Positions 48,731 through 59,535 of a stretch of 64,000 nt of DNA are shown one piece after another. Within the stretch, counting starts at the first letter, position 1; each line of letters opens with the position of its first letter. The position numbers were made by a program, and so were the translations under genes. Where the stretch lies: NCBI GenBank assembly GCA_963720465.1, contig OY970393.1:2176001-2240000 (forward strand). Reading direction: 5' to 3'. The notes beneath the pieces are model-generated. The model was not told the DNA's origin. It did not search any database and saw only the letters and a program-made list of their open reading frames with translations. The stretch comes from Methanobacteriota archaeon (GTDB taxonomy: Archaea; Halobacteriota; Bog-38; Methanoflorentales; Methanoflorentaceae).

Positions 48731-49351
48731 ATGAGGAAAAGTCTTCTGTCTTTGCTGGTGGTCGCAACGGTGATCGCTACTATTTTGGTAGCTGGGTGTA
48801 CCTCTTCAACTTCTCCAACTCCTAGCCCACAAGTAGTGAGCACAAGTAATTCGTCAACAACTGCGTCATCTACGACAACGTCGAGTTCGTCAGCGGTCTC
48901 AAGCGTCACGCCGTCACCCAGTGCTAGCGCTTCGCCAACTCCGACGGCAACACCAATTCCGACGGCAACACCAACTCCAACGTCATCGCCAACTCCGACG
49001 TCGTCGCCAACGGCTACGCCTCAACCGTCAGGGCAGACTTCGATCGCACTTGGCATAGGAAGTGGCGGTCCGCCACAGCTAGTTTTCACAAAGGGGGAGC
49101 AAATAAATTGGGTGATCGATGTGACTTCCCAAGCCACCGGGACGACCGTTTGCGGGGGCACCGTTACTGTGTCGATCGCCGGCGTATCAACAACTCAGTT
49201 GACTTCAGCACCCGGCTGTTTCCACACTGCGTACTTTACGCTTAACAGCGGCGTGCCGAAAGACGGGACGTACAAGGTTACGCTCAGTTATTCTGGTTAC
49301 GGCTCGCTTCAACCCTCAACAAGCTCAACAAGCATCACGGTCAGCGGCTGA
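48731..49351 (+). CDS. Lipoprotein with Ser/Thr/Pro-rich stalk and C-terminal Ig-like domain
   Basis: Lipobox LVAGC; PT repeats; two Cys in the distal domain; TTATATA box at 48691. Confidence 0.85.
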   Translation: MRKSLLSLLVVATVIATILVAGCTSSTSPTPSPQVVSTSNSSTTASSTTTSSSSAVSSVTPSPSASASPTPTATPIPTATPTPTSSPTPTSSPTATPQPSGQTSIALGIGSGGPPQLVFTKGEQINWVIDVTSQATGTTVCGGTVTVSIAGVSTTQLTSAPGCFHTAYFTLNSGVPKDGTYKVTLSYSGYGSLQPSTSSTSITVSG

Positions 49352-49635
49352 AGATTTTTCTAACCAACGAAGTGAGCGAGCTCTGCTTGTGAGTGTCTCC
49401 CGTTACAGCCTGCAACGGAGCACGATGATCCTGAATGTTTTTCGACCCGTCGTACTGCTTAGATATAGTTGCACGTAGGATTGACGACAAACACAGCCTT
49501 TGCGCCGCGCTAACTTGCGTAAATCTACGAACGAGCTCACGATTATGGAAGCAAAACAAGTCGCGCAGTTAGTTGCTGTGTCATCATTTTCGCTGCGTGC
49601 ATATCGACAGCACATGCGCGCCTTAGTGACAGTCT

Positions 49636-50169
49636 TCACGGCATTTCCATGGACGTGTGTGCGAAAAGGGTCGAAGGGAACGTCTCAGTTATGCGAATCA
49701 GCACCGTGTCGTGAGAGATGATATCATAGGTTCGTGATAACAGTGGCACGTTTTGAGCCACCCCGAATAATTCGTTCAGCTCTTCGTTGCAGATGGTCTC
49801 GATGCGTCTGATTTCACGCCGCGACTCGATCTTCCGTTGATTCATTATACGTCCTATCGGTATATCGGCCTTCATCAGGTCGTCTCTGAACTCTTCTTGG
49901 AGACGTGCGATCGGCGTGTAGGACTCGGCATAGATCAGCGGTTGATCATCGTCGTCGTTTTTGAGAACGACGACGCGATAGTTTAACTCATCACCTTCTT
50001 CCACGTCCAAGACTCTCGCCCGTTCGGCGTCTGCTTCCACGACCTGCTGAAGCAGCGTCGTCACACCGATGGGTTTTCCCGTTAGCACTTCGAGCAGAGT
50101 CGTAACCGAGCCGTCAGTTACGAGCAACAATCTTTGAGCCTTCGACAGTTGCAGACTTGTGTTCTCCAT
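49636..50169 (-). CDS. Chorismate pyruvate-lyase-like protein (DUF98/UbiC-like)
   Basis: LLVTDGSVT.LLE, YAES, DIPIGRI, RTYDI, ITETFP; adjacent to beta-RFAP synthase. Confidence 0.88.
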   Translation of the reverse strand: MENTSLQLSKAQRLLLVTDGSVTTLLEVLTGKPIGVTTLLQQVVEADAERARVLDVEEGDELNYRVVVLKNDDDDQPLIYAESYTPIARLQEEFRDDLMKADIPIGRIMNQRKIESRREIRRIETICNEELNELFGVAQNVPLLSRTYDIISHDTVLIRITETFPSTLFAHTSMEMP

Positions 50170-50211
50170 ACGAATCGCGTACACTCCCTAACCTTTAGAA
50201 ACGTAGAGTTC

Positions 50212-51167
50212 CTAGCCGGAAGAAATCTCTCGGACACGCGCACCGCCGTTTCGCGCTTTCACCGCGTGTACGTCTCCCCCGATAGTCTCACGCAAGTAAC
50301 GCTGCACTGCTGCGTGTAGCCGCTTCCCGTCAGTTATTCCGTAAACGGCCGGACCAAACGAGCTCATTCCGGCGCCGAAAGCTCCGTTATCTCTCATATA
50401 TTGTATTAGGCCAGCGCAGAAGGGCTGTAGCGCAAGTTCTCGGCGTTTGAAACCGAGCGTCTGCACTCGATCGATCGAGCGTCCAAAACTCTCGATGTCC
50501 TGTTCCACGACTGCGGGAAGCATCTCCATTAAGAGTAAGTGGCAGAGCTCTTGGACCTCGGTGAGCGGCAGCGGACAGTGTTGTCGGAACACGTCGATCT
50601 CGCGCTCGTCACTTGCTCCGTGCAGGTCTGGAACTGCAAGAACGATCTTCCAATCTGGAAAATCGTGACGAGCGAGTATGGGTGGCGGATCATATTTTCC
50701 AGAAGCTGACGAGGGCAAGAACTGTTTTTTGCCTTTATGGCCGCCGTCGATGATGAAGCCCCCCAGCTCGTACGCCGCGACGCCGATACCAGAGGTACCC
50801 CCCTTCCTGTCAATCGTGCGATGGCGCTTGGCGTCAAGTGCAAATCGTAAAGTTCGCTCATCGCCGTTCCGACTGCTAATGCGACTTGGGTTCCCGAGCC
50901 CAATCCAACGTGAGCGGGATACTCGTCAACGACCTCGATCGCTACGCCGCCGACGTCGTGCTGCATCATGATCGCTGATGCCGCTCTTTTGATTCGGTCT
51001 TCGAACGCCGTGTTTCCTGAGACGGATAGTTGGGCATCTTCTCGCGCGTTGATCTTCATGGATGGAAAGTCGAGAGTCAGTCCTACGCTACCATCAATGC
51101 GTCCAAGGGAGCCGCTCAAGTCAATCAGGGTGATATGAAGTCTCGATGGCGTTACTACTTCGATCAT
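50212..51167 (-). pseudogene. mptG: Beta-ribofuranosylaminobenzene 5'-phosphate synthase, interrupted by a 1-nt deletion (may be an assembly error)
   Basis: TPSRLHITLID, HVGLGSGTQ, then a frameshift inside GRGGTSGIG at the C6 run 50798-50803, then GMSSFGP. Confidence 0.8.
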
Positions 51168-52063
51168 GTCGTTTTTCGCGTCGATGTCTCCGGTTCAATG
51201 TGAATAATGGACTCTTTAACGTTTGGCACGCGCGTCTTTATGTCTTTTTCCAGCTTGTTGGCAATGTTGTGAGCGTCTTCAAGGCTAAGGTTCGGCAGGA
51301 CGTGGATGCTCACGTCCACAAATAAGCTGCTGCCGGCTTGCCGGGCTCGCAGATCATGGAAGTCAGTTATGTCGCGGTTGTCCGCTATAACGTCTCTGAT
51401 TTTTGACGTGATTTCCTTCGGCGGGGCGGCGTCGAGGAGGACCTGCGTCGTTTTTCGCCCGAGCCTAATGGAAGTCGTGAGCATGATGACCGCGACGAAG
51501 ATCGCGGCCAAAGGGTCGACGACGACATAGCCGAACTTGGCGGCCACCAAGCCGAGAAGCACAGCTATGGAGCTATAGATATCCGTTGAGAAGTGATACG
51601 CGTCGGCTTCTAAGGCTGAACTTCCGTATTTTCGGGCGTTTTGAAACAGATATCTCGAAACGGCGAAATCTGCTATGATGGCAAAAATCATAATGGCGAT
51701 GGCATAATAGAGCGTATTGTTTATCTGGATAGCAAATCCTGTGAGAAGTCGCAGGCCCGCCTCATAGAAGATCCATATGCTTGTAACGCCAAGAAGTGCG
51801 GTCTGTACGAGGCTTGAAAAGTTTTCGTACTTCTCGTGCCCGTAGGGATGCTCTTCATCTAGTGGCCTATTTGCGCTTCTGATGCCTGTGTACGCGAAGC
51901 CCGATGCAAGAAGGTCGAGCAGCGAATGGGCCGCTTCGGCGAGTATTCCCAGACTACCACTGGCAACCCCCACGATAATTTTCGTGGAGAGCAGGAGCAC
52001 ATTGACAAAAACTGAAAAAGTTGCAGCGCGAAGCTTTTGGGCTGCGCCGCTGGCGTCGTCCAT
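51164..52063 (-). CDS. Cation diffusion facilitator transporter (FieF-like)
   Basis: AEAAHSLLD, HPYGH.K.E, ADAYHF.TD, HDLRAR, IHIEP. Confidence 0.95.
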   Translation of the reverse strand: MDDASGAAQKLRAATFSVFVNVLLLSTKIIVGVASGSLGILAEAAHSLLDLLASGFAYTGIRSANRPLDEEHPYGHEKYENFSSLVQTALLGVTSIWIFYEAGLRLLTGFAIQINNTLYYAIAIMIFAIIADFAVSRYLFQNARKYGSSALEADAYHFSTDIYSSIAVLLGLVAAKFGYVVVDPLAAIFVAVIMLTTSIRLGRKTTQVLLDAAPPKEITSKIRDVIADNRDITDFHDLRARQAGSSLFVDVSIHVLPNLSLEDAHNIANKLEKDIKTRVPNVKESIIHIEPETSTRKTT

Positions 52064-52142
52064 GCTTGGCCATTTATATAGGTTTTACTTTATTTAGGGG
52101 TATCGGAATCGCGTGACGCGAGCCGCAGCAGCGTCAGAAACC

Positions 52143-52150
52143 TTTAAGTA
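52143..52150 (+). promoter_or_regulatory. Probable TATA box of the ribosomal protein operon
   Basis: TTTAAGTA preceded by a GAAA BRE-like element, 60 nt before the first ATG. Confidence 0.5.
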
Positions 52151-52209
52151 GCTTTGTTGCACTTCTAAAGACTACACGGGTCAGGCGAAATCACGCAGAA
52201 TGTGCAAAG

Positions 52210-53008
52210 ATGCACCCCAAGATACAGCTCGCAGTGCCTTCATCCTTGACCATCGAAACCGCCGATCAGAAAATAAAGACATACAAGGTCGGACAAGTCG
52301 CTCGCGCGGCGGCAATATTCAGGGTGCATCGCGTCACGATTTACCGTGATGCTGCGTACGATGACAGCCTATTCATCGCGTCGATATTGCAGTACATGGA
52401 GGCGCCGCAGTACCTTTCGAAAGCTGCTTTTTCCGCGCTCAAATGAGTTGAGATCCGTTGGGGTCGTTCCCCCGTTGAAGACCCCTCATCACGCGACCGA
52501 GCGTGATGACATTCGAGAAGGAATTGTGATAGACGTCGGAACTGACTGCGCTTGGGTTGAAATCGGTTTGGATTGCCCGGCCTTTTTGCGAACGGCCACG
52601 TTGCGCAAAGGGGAGCGCGTGACAGTTAAGATCTTTTCGCGAGACCCGCTTGAAGTTGAACTGACTCAGAAGCCGCCGCGTTATTGGGGGTATTCGGTCC
52701 GGGTGGTCGATAGCATCGCAGATGCGTTGGAGGGGTTGGTCGTCGCCACCTCGAGGCACGGACAGCCAATAAGTCCCGTTATACACAATGAAATAAGAAG
52801 GAGAAGCGCCGAAATGATGACTTTCGTATTTGGGGCTCCAAACCGCGGAGTAGAAGCGTTATTCCAGGAAGCGGGGCTATCGCTGGAGGATGCTTCAGAC
52901 TTTGTCGTTAATACGATCCCGGAGCAAGGGACAAAAACGGTGCGCACAGAAGAAGCTATCATAGCCACGTTGAGCGTGTTCAATATCGCGCTGCACGAAT
53001 CAACATGA
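52210..53008 (+). pseudogene. SPOUT RNA methyltransferase (DUF171/SPOUT1 family), interrupted by a 1-nt insertion (may be an assembly error)
   Basis: ARAAAIFRV, PQYL|RKLLF break at the T run 52415-52417, YWGY, QGTKTVRTEEA; usual position upstream of rpl3. Confidence 0.8.
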
Positions 53009-53017
53009 GGTAAACCT

Positions 53018-54010
53018 ATGTCAAAAAGACATCGCCCGAGACGCGGATCGCTCGCCTACAGCCCCCGAAAGAGGGCAAAGAGCGAAGTGCCGCGAGTCCG
53101 CTCGTGGCCAGAGCAAGACGAGCCACGAGTACCGGGATTCGCGGGCTACAAAGCTGGGATGACACACGTGATCTTAGTGGATGACTCCCCCAATAGCCCA
53201 ACGGCAGGATTAGAGATAAGCGTGCCCGCCACGGTCGTCGAAACTCCCGCGATGAAAGTAGCGGCCGTGCGCGCGTACCGTAAGACGCCCTATGGAAAGC
53301 GCATTGTGCTCGAAACTTGGGCCAGCAATATCGGAGGCGATGTTGCAAAGCGCAGGCCGCTTCCCAAAGAGGCAGTACACCGTGATGCGGGTCTCGACGG
53401 CGCGGACGAGATCCGCGTACTGGTTCATACCTCGCCAGCGGCGGTTAGTGGCATTCCAAAGAAGGTGCCTGAACTAATGGAAGTGCCCGTTGGTGGAGAC
53501 GATGCAAGCGCTGCATATGCATATGCGGATGATCTCCTAGGAAAAGAAATCGATGCTGTCAACGTCTTCAAAGAAGGTATGCTCGTCGACGTAGTCGCAG
53601 TGACAAAGGGCAAAGGGGTTCAGGGGCCAGTCAAACGGTGGGGCGTCACCATCCAGGATAGAAAAGCGTTCAGGGGTGGCAAAGGGCGCCACATCGGGAA
53701 TCTTGGTCCGTGGAACCCAGCGCGTGTTAGGTGGACGGTCCCCCAACTTGGTCAGATGGGCTATCAACAAAGAACCGAGTACAATAAGCGAATACTTAAA
53801 ATCGGACCGGACGGAGCTGTAGTGACTCCCGCGGGCGGATTTCTCAAATATGGGCTCATCCGAGGTGCGTACGTTCTTCTACACGGGTCGATTCCAGGAC
53901 CTGCCAAGCGGCTCATTCGAATGAGACCGGCAACCAGGCCATTCAAAACCGCACACACGGTCCCTGATCTGAGCTACATAAGCGTTCAATCGAAGCAAGG
54001 AGTGAGATAA
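53018..54010 (+). CDS. rpl3: 50S ribosomal protein L3
   Basis: PRRGSLAYSPRKRA, GYKAGMTH, GQMGYQQRTEYNK. Confidence 0.98.
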   Translation: MSKRHRPRRGSLAYSPRKRAKSEVPRVRSWPEQDEPRVPGFAGYKAGMTHVILVDDSPNSPTAGLEISVPATVVETPAMKVAAVRAYRKTPYGKRIVLETWASNIGGDVAKRRPLPKEAVHRDAGLDGADEIRVLVHTSPAAVSGIPKKVPELMEVPVGGDDASAAYAYADDLLGKEIDAVNVFKEGMLVDVVAVTKGKGVQGPVKRWGVTIQDRKAFRGGKGRHIGNLGPWNPARVRWTVPQLGQMGYQQRTEYNKRILKIGPDGAVVTPAGGFLKYGLIRGAYVLLHGSIPGPAKRLIRMRPATRPFKTAHTVPDLSYISVQSKQGVR

Positions 54011-54011
54011 G

Positions 54012-54755
54012 ATGAAAGGGCGGGTAATGAGTCTGAAGGGGAAGGCAGGGAAGAAAATAGATCTTCCGGAGCTTTTCGACGAACTCTATCGCCCAGATCT
54101 CATCAAAAAGGCAGTCGTAGTTTCCCAGGCAAACAGGAGGCAGGCATATGGATCCCAGCCCACGGCGGGCCTTAAGACCTCAGCGGAATCGTGGGGATCG
54201 GGGCGAGGAGTCGCGCAAGTCCCGCGATTGAAGAACTCCAGCAGGGTTGCGAGGGTGCCACAAGCCGTTGGCGGAAGAAAAGCACATCCGCCAAGCTCGA
54301 AGAGGGCATTTTTCGAGAAGATAAACAGGAAAGAAAGGCAGAAAGCGATGCGATCTGCGATCGCAGCAACCGCAAAACCTGATCTAGTTAAAGCGCGAGG
54401 TCATCGGTTTGAAGGAACCCTTCCGCTCATACTTGAGGACGCCTTCGAAGAGTTGGCCACGACCAGCGAGATAGCAGAAGTACTGGTCGCGCTCAACGTC
54501 TGGCAAGACGTAGAGAAAGCGAAACGCGGCAAACGCGTGCGTGCCGGGAAAGGCAAGCGGCGGGGCCGACGCTATAAGAACAAAAAGAGCATCCTTATGA
54601 TCTGCGCGAGGTCCGTGTTGGCAGCGCGCAATTTGCCCGGGGTTGATGCTGTAACCGTGGATCAGTTAAACGTTAAGCTTCTGGCCCCCGGTACGCACGC
54701 CGGTAGACTAACAATATGGACCCAGTCGGCGATAAATGCCTTAGGAAAAGAGTAG
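54012..54755 (+). CDS. rpl4: 50S ribosomal protein L4
   Basis: SAESWGSGRG, GGRKAHPP, LAPG. Confidence 0.98.
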   Translation: MKGRVMSLKGKAGKKIDLPELFDELYRPDLIKKAVVVSQANRRQAYGSQPTAGLKTSAESWGSGRGVAQVPRLKNSSRVARVPQAVGGRKAHPPSSKRAFFEKINRKERQKAMRSAIAATAKPDLVKARGHRFEGTLPLILEDAFEELATTSEIAEVLVALNVWQDVEKAKRGKRVRAGKGKRRGRRYKNKKSILMICARSVLAARNLPGVDAVTVDQLNVKLLAPGTHAGRLTIWTQSAINALGKE

Positions 54756-54759
54756 AGTC

Positions 54760-55005
54760 ATGTTGAAACACGCATATGTAACAGAGAAGGCGACAGCTCA
54801 GCTTGATAGAGAGAACAAGCTCACGTTCATCGCTGACGTCGAAGATACAAAGGATGACATAAAAAAAGCGGTGGAAGAAATCTATGACGTCACAGTCGTC
54901 GACGTGAAGACGCTCGTTACACCTAAAGGGTTCAAAAAAGCTACTATTACGCTTTCTAGCGACGATTCAGCGGAAGACGTTGCATCAAGACTTGGAATCT
55001 TCTGA
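54760..55005 (+). CDS. rpl23: 50S ribosomal protein L23
   Basis: TEKA, NKLTF, KKA, RLGIF. Confidence 0.97.
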   Translation: MLKHAYVTEKATAQLDRENKLTFIADVEDTKDDIKKAVEEIYDVTVVDVKTLVTPKGFKKATITLSSDDSAEDVASRLGIF

Positions 55006-55017
55006 TGGAGTCGGGGC

Positions 55018-55731
55018 ATGGGCAAGAGAATAATATCGCAAAATCGGGGCAAGGGAACACCGACCTATCGGGCACCGTCTCACCGCTATAAGGCAGCCTT
55101 GAAATTGATCAAAGCTGACAAGAATGAGGTTGTCAAAGCGCGCGTAGTCGAGATCCTGCACGACCCGGCTCGTAGCGCCCCTATAGCGCGAGTTGAGCTC
55201 GCAGACGGCACGGAGCGCTTGGTATTAGTACCGGAGGGCCTTTGCGTCGGCGATGAAATAGCGTGCGGAGCGTCAGCAGAGGTCAAAGCCGGGAATATTC
55301 TGCCCCTTGCCGAAATCCCTGAAGGAGTGCCGATCTGCAGTATCGAATCGCAACCTGGCGACGGAGGTTGTTTTGCGCGAGCATCCGGGGTCTACGGGAT
55401 GCTTATCGCGCACGACGTGCAAAAAACTGTCGTGCAGCTGCCCAGTGGCGAAATGAAATGGCTCCATCCGCATTGCCGAGCAATGATAGGAATGGTGGCA
55501 GGTGGAGGACGCCTTGACAAGCCGTTTGTCAAAGCGGGCAAGAAGTTTCATAAGATCCATTCAAGGGCAGCAAAATATCCTCGTGTGCGCGGGGTTGCCA
55601 TGAACGTGGTAGACCACCCATTTGGCGGTGGTGGTTGGCAGCATCCGGGCCGCCCAAAAACGGTCAGCCGAAATGCTCCGCCGGGCCGGAAAGTTGGCAG
55701 CATTGCAGCTCGCCGCACCGGTAAACGATAG
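55018..55731 (+). CDS. rpl2: 50S ribosomal protein L2
   Basis: [23 protein letters not shown]. Confidence 0.98.
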   Translation: MGKRIISQNRGKGTPTYRAPSHRYKAALKLIKADKNEVVKARVVEILHDPARSAPIARVELADGTERLVLVPEGLCVGDEIACGASAEVKAGNILPLAEIPEGVPICSIESQPGDGGCFARASGVYGMLIAHDVQKTVVQLPSGEMKWLHPHCRAMIGMVAGGGRLDKPFVKAGKKFHKIHSRAAKYPRVRGVAMNVVDHPFGGGGWQHPGRPKTVSRNAPPGRKVGSIAARRTGKR

Positions 55732-55754
55732 TCAAACCTAGAGCTGGTGAAAGT

Positions 55755-56165
55755 ATGGCTAAGAGAAGAAAAGTGGAAGCGCCACGCCGAAAGGAGGAGT
55801 TCTCGTATAGGGGGCATTCCGTTGAGGAGCTCAAGGACATGGACCTCGACACAGTGGCTCAGCTCTTTCCTGCGCGTCAACGCAGAAAGCTCAAGAGAGA
55901 GCTCACGGAAGACCAAAAAAAGCTTTTGCAAAAGATACGAGAGGGAAAAACCATCCGCACCCACCAGAGAGACATGATCGTTCTCCCTGAGATGATCGGC
56001 ACCTCGATCGGAGTCCACGACGGAAAGACGTTCACCATCCTCGAGATTATGCCGGAAATGATAGGGCATTACCTTGGGGAATACGCCCTCACAAGGAGAA
56101 GGGTATCACACGGGGGTCCGGGCGTGGGGGCGACACGATCCAGTAGGTACGTTCCACTGAAGTGA
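55755..56165 (+). CDS. rps19: 30S ribosomal protein S19
   Basis: [25 protein letters not shown]. Confidence 0.98.
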   Translation: MAKRRKVEAPRRKEEFSYRGHSVEELKDMDLDTVAQLFPARQRRKLKRELTEDQKKLLQKIREGKTIRTHQRDMIVLPEMIGTSIGVHDGKTFTILEIMPEMIGHYLGEYALTRRRVSHGGPGVGATRSSRYVPLK

Positions 56166-56169
56166 TCTA

Positions 56170-56640
56170 ATGGCGTTCACAAAGTATTCAGTCGAGTTTG
56201 ACACCGAGAAAACGGCCCGTTCGCAAGGCCATGAGCTTCATGTATCGCCGCGACACTGCGTCGAGATATGTAGGGAGCTGCGAGGAAAGTCGCTCGCAGA
56301 AGCGAAATCCTATTTGGAAGGAATTACCAAAATCAAGACGCCGGTGCCGTTCAAGCGCCACAATTCAGGCGTCGGACACCGAGCGGGGTTAAGTGGATGG
56401 GACGCGGGCCGATTTCCGCAGAAAGCAGCTAGGGACATACTTACGGTCTTAAAGAGTGCGGAAGCGAATGCTGAATACAAAGGGCTCGACTCGGATCGAA
56501 TGCAGATCGTCCACAGTTTGGCGAGAAGGGGGCGCGTCATTGAAGGCAGGATGCCTCGCGCGATGGGACGCGCCACCGCAAAGAACACGGCCACGGTAAC
56601 GGTCGAAATTGTGCTCCAGGAGTTGGAAAATGGGGATTGA
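56170..56640 (+). CDS. rpl22: 50S ribosomal protein L22
   Basis: VPFKRHN, GRFPQKA, PRAMGRA. Confidence 0.98.
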   Translation: MAFTKYSVEFDTEKTARSQGHELHVSPRHCVEICRELRGKSLAEAKSYLEGITKIKTPVPFKRHNSGVGHRAGLSGWDAGRFPQKAARDILTVLKSAEANAEYKGLDSDRMQIVHSLARRGRVIEGRMPRAMGRATAKNTATVTVEIVLQELENGD

Positions 56641-57295
56641 GAAAAAATTCATAGAGGAGGGCTTGAAGAGATCTCAGATGAATGAGTACTTCAACCGGGA
56701 GCTAGAGCGGGCAGGTTATGGTGGCATGGAGATCAATCGCACTCCTATCGGCACACACATCACCTTATACGCAGAGAAACCCGGAATGATCATCGGAAAG
56801 AGCGGAAAAACGATCAGACGGGTCACCAGAGAGCTCGATGCGAATTTCAAGCTCGACAACCCGCAGCTCGATGTCCAGGAGATCGAAGTTCCTGAGCTAA
56901 ACGCGCAAATAATGGCGCACCGCTTAGCCAACGCGCTTGAGCGGGGCTGGTATTTCAGAAAGGCAGGCCAATCGACGCTCCAGCGGGTTATGGACGCCGG
57001 TGCGCTCGGATGCGAAATAATCCTAGCGGGAAAGGTCACCGGCCCGCGATCGCGAACCGAGAAGTTTCTCGCCGGATACATAAAACACTGCGGAAAACCT
57101 GCTGAGGACCTGGTAATGAAAGGCTACGCGGTCGCGAAACGGAAGCTCGGCATCATCGGGGTCAAAGTGTTTATCGTGCCTCCTGGAGTTAAACTTCCTG
57201 ATGACATACGACTGCTCGAACAAATATCAGACGAAGAGGTGACGTCGAATGGCAATATTGAGGAGCCAAGAGATACGCAAGATGAAGCCGGATGA
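56630..57295 (+). CDS. rps3: 30S ribosomal protein S3
   Basis: [11 protein letters not shown] motif, GALGCEI, GIIGVKV. Confidence 0.98.
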   Translation: MGIEKKFIEEGLKRSQMNEYFNRELERAGYGGMEINRTPIGTHITLYAEKPGMIIGKSGKTIRRVTRELDANFKLDNPQLDVQEIEVPELNAQIMAHRLANALERGWYFRKAGQSTLQRVMDAGALGCEIILAGKVTGPRSRTEKFLAGYIKHCGKPAEDLVMKGYAVAKRKLGIIGVKVFIVPPGVKLPDDIRLLEQISDEEVTSNGNIEEPRDTQDEAG

Positions 57296-57467
57296 ACGAA
57301 GCAAGCAGCTTAACGATCTGATCGCGGAGCTCTTGAGAGAGCGAGCGGTTGTGTCTGCAGGCGGCGCTCCAGAGAATCCGGGAAGACCAAAAGAGCTCCG
57401 ACGGGCCATCGCTCGAATCCGCACGATTATGAATGAAGAGAAGAACGCGCGAGCAACGGTTACGTAG
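57249..57467 (+). CDS. rpl29: 50S ribosomal protein L29
   Basis: [19 protein letters not shown]. Confidence 0.97.
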   Translation: MAILRSQEIRKMKPDERSKQLNDLIAELLRERAVVSAGGAPENPGRPKELRRAIARIRTIMNEEKNARATVT

Positions 57468-57474
57468 GTTCTAG

Positions 57475-57765
57475 ATGAGAATTACCCCTCAGAACTTCGT
57501 GAATCACGAGCTCATTGGTTTGCGTGTGACGCTGGTGAAGAGTACTAACAGCGACGCCGTAGGCTTGAGTGGGCGGATCATTGACGAAAGGAGAAACATT
57601 TTCAAATTAGAATGCTGCGGGCAGGAAAAAACGGTTGCCAAGCACCGCAATACATTTGAATTCACGATGCCAGAAGGCGACAAAGTACGAGTAGCCGGAG
57701 ATCTTGTCGTGGGACGCCCAGAAGACCGCGTCGGAAAGAGTCTTCGAAAAAGGCACAACAGGTGA
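57475..57765 (+). CDS. rnp1: RNase P protein component 1 (Rpp29/Pop4)
   Basis: HELIGL, G.IIDE.RN, RPEDR. Confidence 0.96.
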   Translation: MRITPQNFVNHELIGLRVTLVKSTNSDAVGLSGRIIDERRNIFKLECCGQEKTVAKHRNTFEFTMPEGDKVRVAGDLVVGRPEDRVGKSLRKRHNR

Positions 57766-57769
57766 GACC

Positions 57770-58090
57770 ATGCGAACGAATATTGGCTTTGACGTAGCTG
57801 CGCCAACAGAGCAGTGCGAGGACACCAACTGTCCCTTTCACGGGACGCTTTCTGTGCGGGGTCAGGTGATCGACGGAACGGTGGTGAGCGACAAAACTGC
57901 CCGAACCGTTGTGGTGCAGCGAGAGTACCTGAAATACATTCCGAAGTACGAAAGGTACGAAAAGAGGAAGTCGAAACTGCACGCTCACAATCCGGATTGC
58001 ATCGCGGCAAAAACGGGAGACCGTGTTAGCCTAGCAGAATGCCGGCCGCTGTCCAAGACTAAGTCGTTCGTGGTGATTCAAGTACTATGA
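57770..58090 (+). CDS. rps17: 30S ribosomal protein S17
   Basis: [24 protein letters not shown]. Confidence 0.98.
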   Translation: MRTNIGFDVAAPTEQCEDTNCPFHGTLSVRGQVIDGTVVSDKTARTVVVQREYLKYIPKYERYEKRKSKLHAHNPDCIAAKTGDRVSLAECRPLSKTKSFVVIQVL

Positions 58091-58485
58091 AGAGCCTTAA
58101 GGCGAAAATTCCTCGATCTCTCGCAACGAGCTCGAAGATTGACTGCGTCGATAATACGGGGGCAAGAACCTTAGAGATTATCGCGGTCAAACGGTATCGG
58201 GGCGTTAAGAGCCGGCAACCCAAGGCGGGATTAGGTGAGATGGTCATTGTATCGGTCAAAAAAGGGGCGCCTGATATGCGCCGACAGATTCTCAAGGCTG
58301 TGATCGTGCGGCAGAAAAAAGAATTCAGAAGGCCTGATGGGACAAGAGTGAAGTTTGAAGATAACGCAGCCGTCATAACGGATGACAACGGGGAGCCCCG
58401 TGGAACTGAGATCAAGGGGCCGATTGCCCGCGAAGTCGCAGAACGTTTCGGCAAGATTGCTTCGGCCGCGCAAATGATAGTGTGA
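58087..58485 (+). CDS. rpl14: 50S ribosomal protein L14
   Basis: [20 protein letters not shown]. Confidence 0.98.
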   Translation: MKSLKAKIPRSLATSSKIDCVDNTGARTLEIIAVKRYRGVKSRQPKAGLGEMVIVSVKKGAPDMRRQILKAVIVRQKKEFRRPDGTRVKFEDNAAVITDDNGEPRGTEIKGPIAREVAERFGKIASAAQMIV

Positions 58486-58494
58486 GGGTTAAGA

Positions 58495-58860
58495 GTGGCA
58501 AACAGAGTTACGTCTAAGCAACCGCGGAAACAGCGGAAAGCACGAATTGATGCTCCTCTCCACGTGCGTCAGAAGTATCTGCACGCGCCTCTCGAAAAGA
58601 AGCTTGCGGATAAATATAACCGCCGAAGGGTTCAAATACGGAAAGGAGACACAGTAAAGGTGCTTCGTGGGGACTCCCGCAATAGTGAAGGAAAGGTGGC
58701 GAAGGTCAACCTCAAGGACGTGTCGATCGAAATTGACGGCGTAACGGTGCACAAGGCCGACGGGTCTGAGGTGGCACGACCCATTCATCCTTCAAATGTG
58801 ATAATTACAAGGCTTGAGCTCAAAGACAAACTCAGGACCAGCAAATTGGAGGAGGAATAG
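58495..58860 (+). CDS. rpl24: 50S ribosomal protein L24
   Basis: SKQPRKQRK, GDTVKVLRG KOW, HPSNV. Confidence 0.98.
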   Translation: MANRVTSKQPRKQRKARIDAPLHVRQKYLHAPLEKKLADKYNRRRVQIRKGDTVKVLRGDSRNSEGKVAKVNLKDVSIEIDGVTVHKADGSEVARPIHPSNVIITRLELKDKLRTSKLEEE

Positions 58861-58861
58861 C

Positions 58862-59533
58862 GTGCATCAAAAAAGAATCTCCGCACCAAAGAGCTGGCCA
58901 ATCGCAAAAAAAACTGGTCACTGGGTCACCGCTCCGTCTCCCGGCACACACTCGAGAGAAGCCGTTCCGATATTGGTCGTGCTAAGGGACATGTTGCACG
59001 TCGCCGACAACGCGAAAGAAGCGAAGAGGATTTTGCATAACGGCAGCGTGACAGTGAACGGGCGCGTGGTGAAGAAGCACAAAGCTCACGTCGGTATGTT
59101 CGACGTGTTTGCGACTGCAGGCAAAAGCTACCGTATGCTCCCTAACCCGCGCGGCAAGTACGAGCTAACTCAGATAGGCGACGAGGAAGCGAAGCGCAAA
59201 CTGGCCCGTATTGACGACATTACGGTCGTGAGAGGCAGTAAGCTTCAGTACAACTTGCACGATGGGACGAACGTACTCCTCAAGGAAAAATACAGCACTG
59301 GTGACTCACTTGTGTTTTCACTGCCCGATTACCGCGTTGTCGACCGATATGAGCGCAAAGCTGGCAACAAAGCCGTGATCGTGGGCGGAAAACACTCTGG
59401 TGAGACTGGCACGATTGTAGAACTAAGGAAGATGGCGAGCTCGCGTCCGAATATGGTAAGAATTGAACGAGACGGCAAACAGTTTGAGACCATAGACGAC
59501 TACGTCTTTGCGACCGGCAGCGGTGGTGACTGA
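58862..59533 (+). CDS. rps4e: 30S ribosomal protein S4e
   Basis: HQKRISAP, PG.H, LHDG, GGKHSG; GTG start. Confidence 0.97.
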   Translation: MHQKRISAPKSWPIAKKTGHWVTAPSPGTHSREAVPILVVLRDMLHVADNAKEAKRILHNGSVTVNGRVVKKHKAHVGMFDVFATAGKSYRMLPNPRGKYELTQIGDEEAKRKLARIDDITVVRGSKLQYNLHDGTNVLLKEKYSTGDSLVFSLPDYRVVDRYERKAGNKAVIVGGKHSGETGTIVELRKMASSRPNMVRIERDGKQFETIDDYVFATGSGGD

Positions 59534-59535
59534 TC

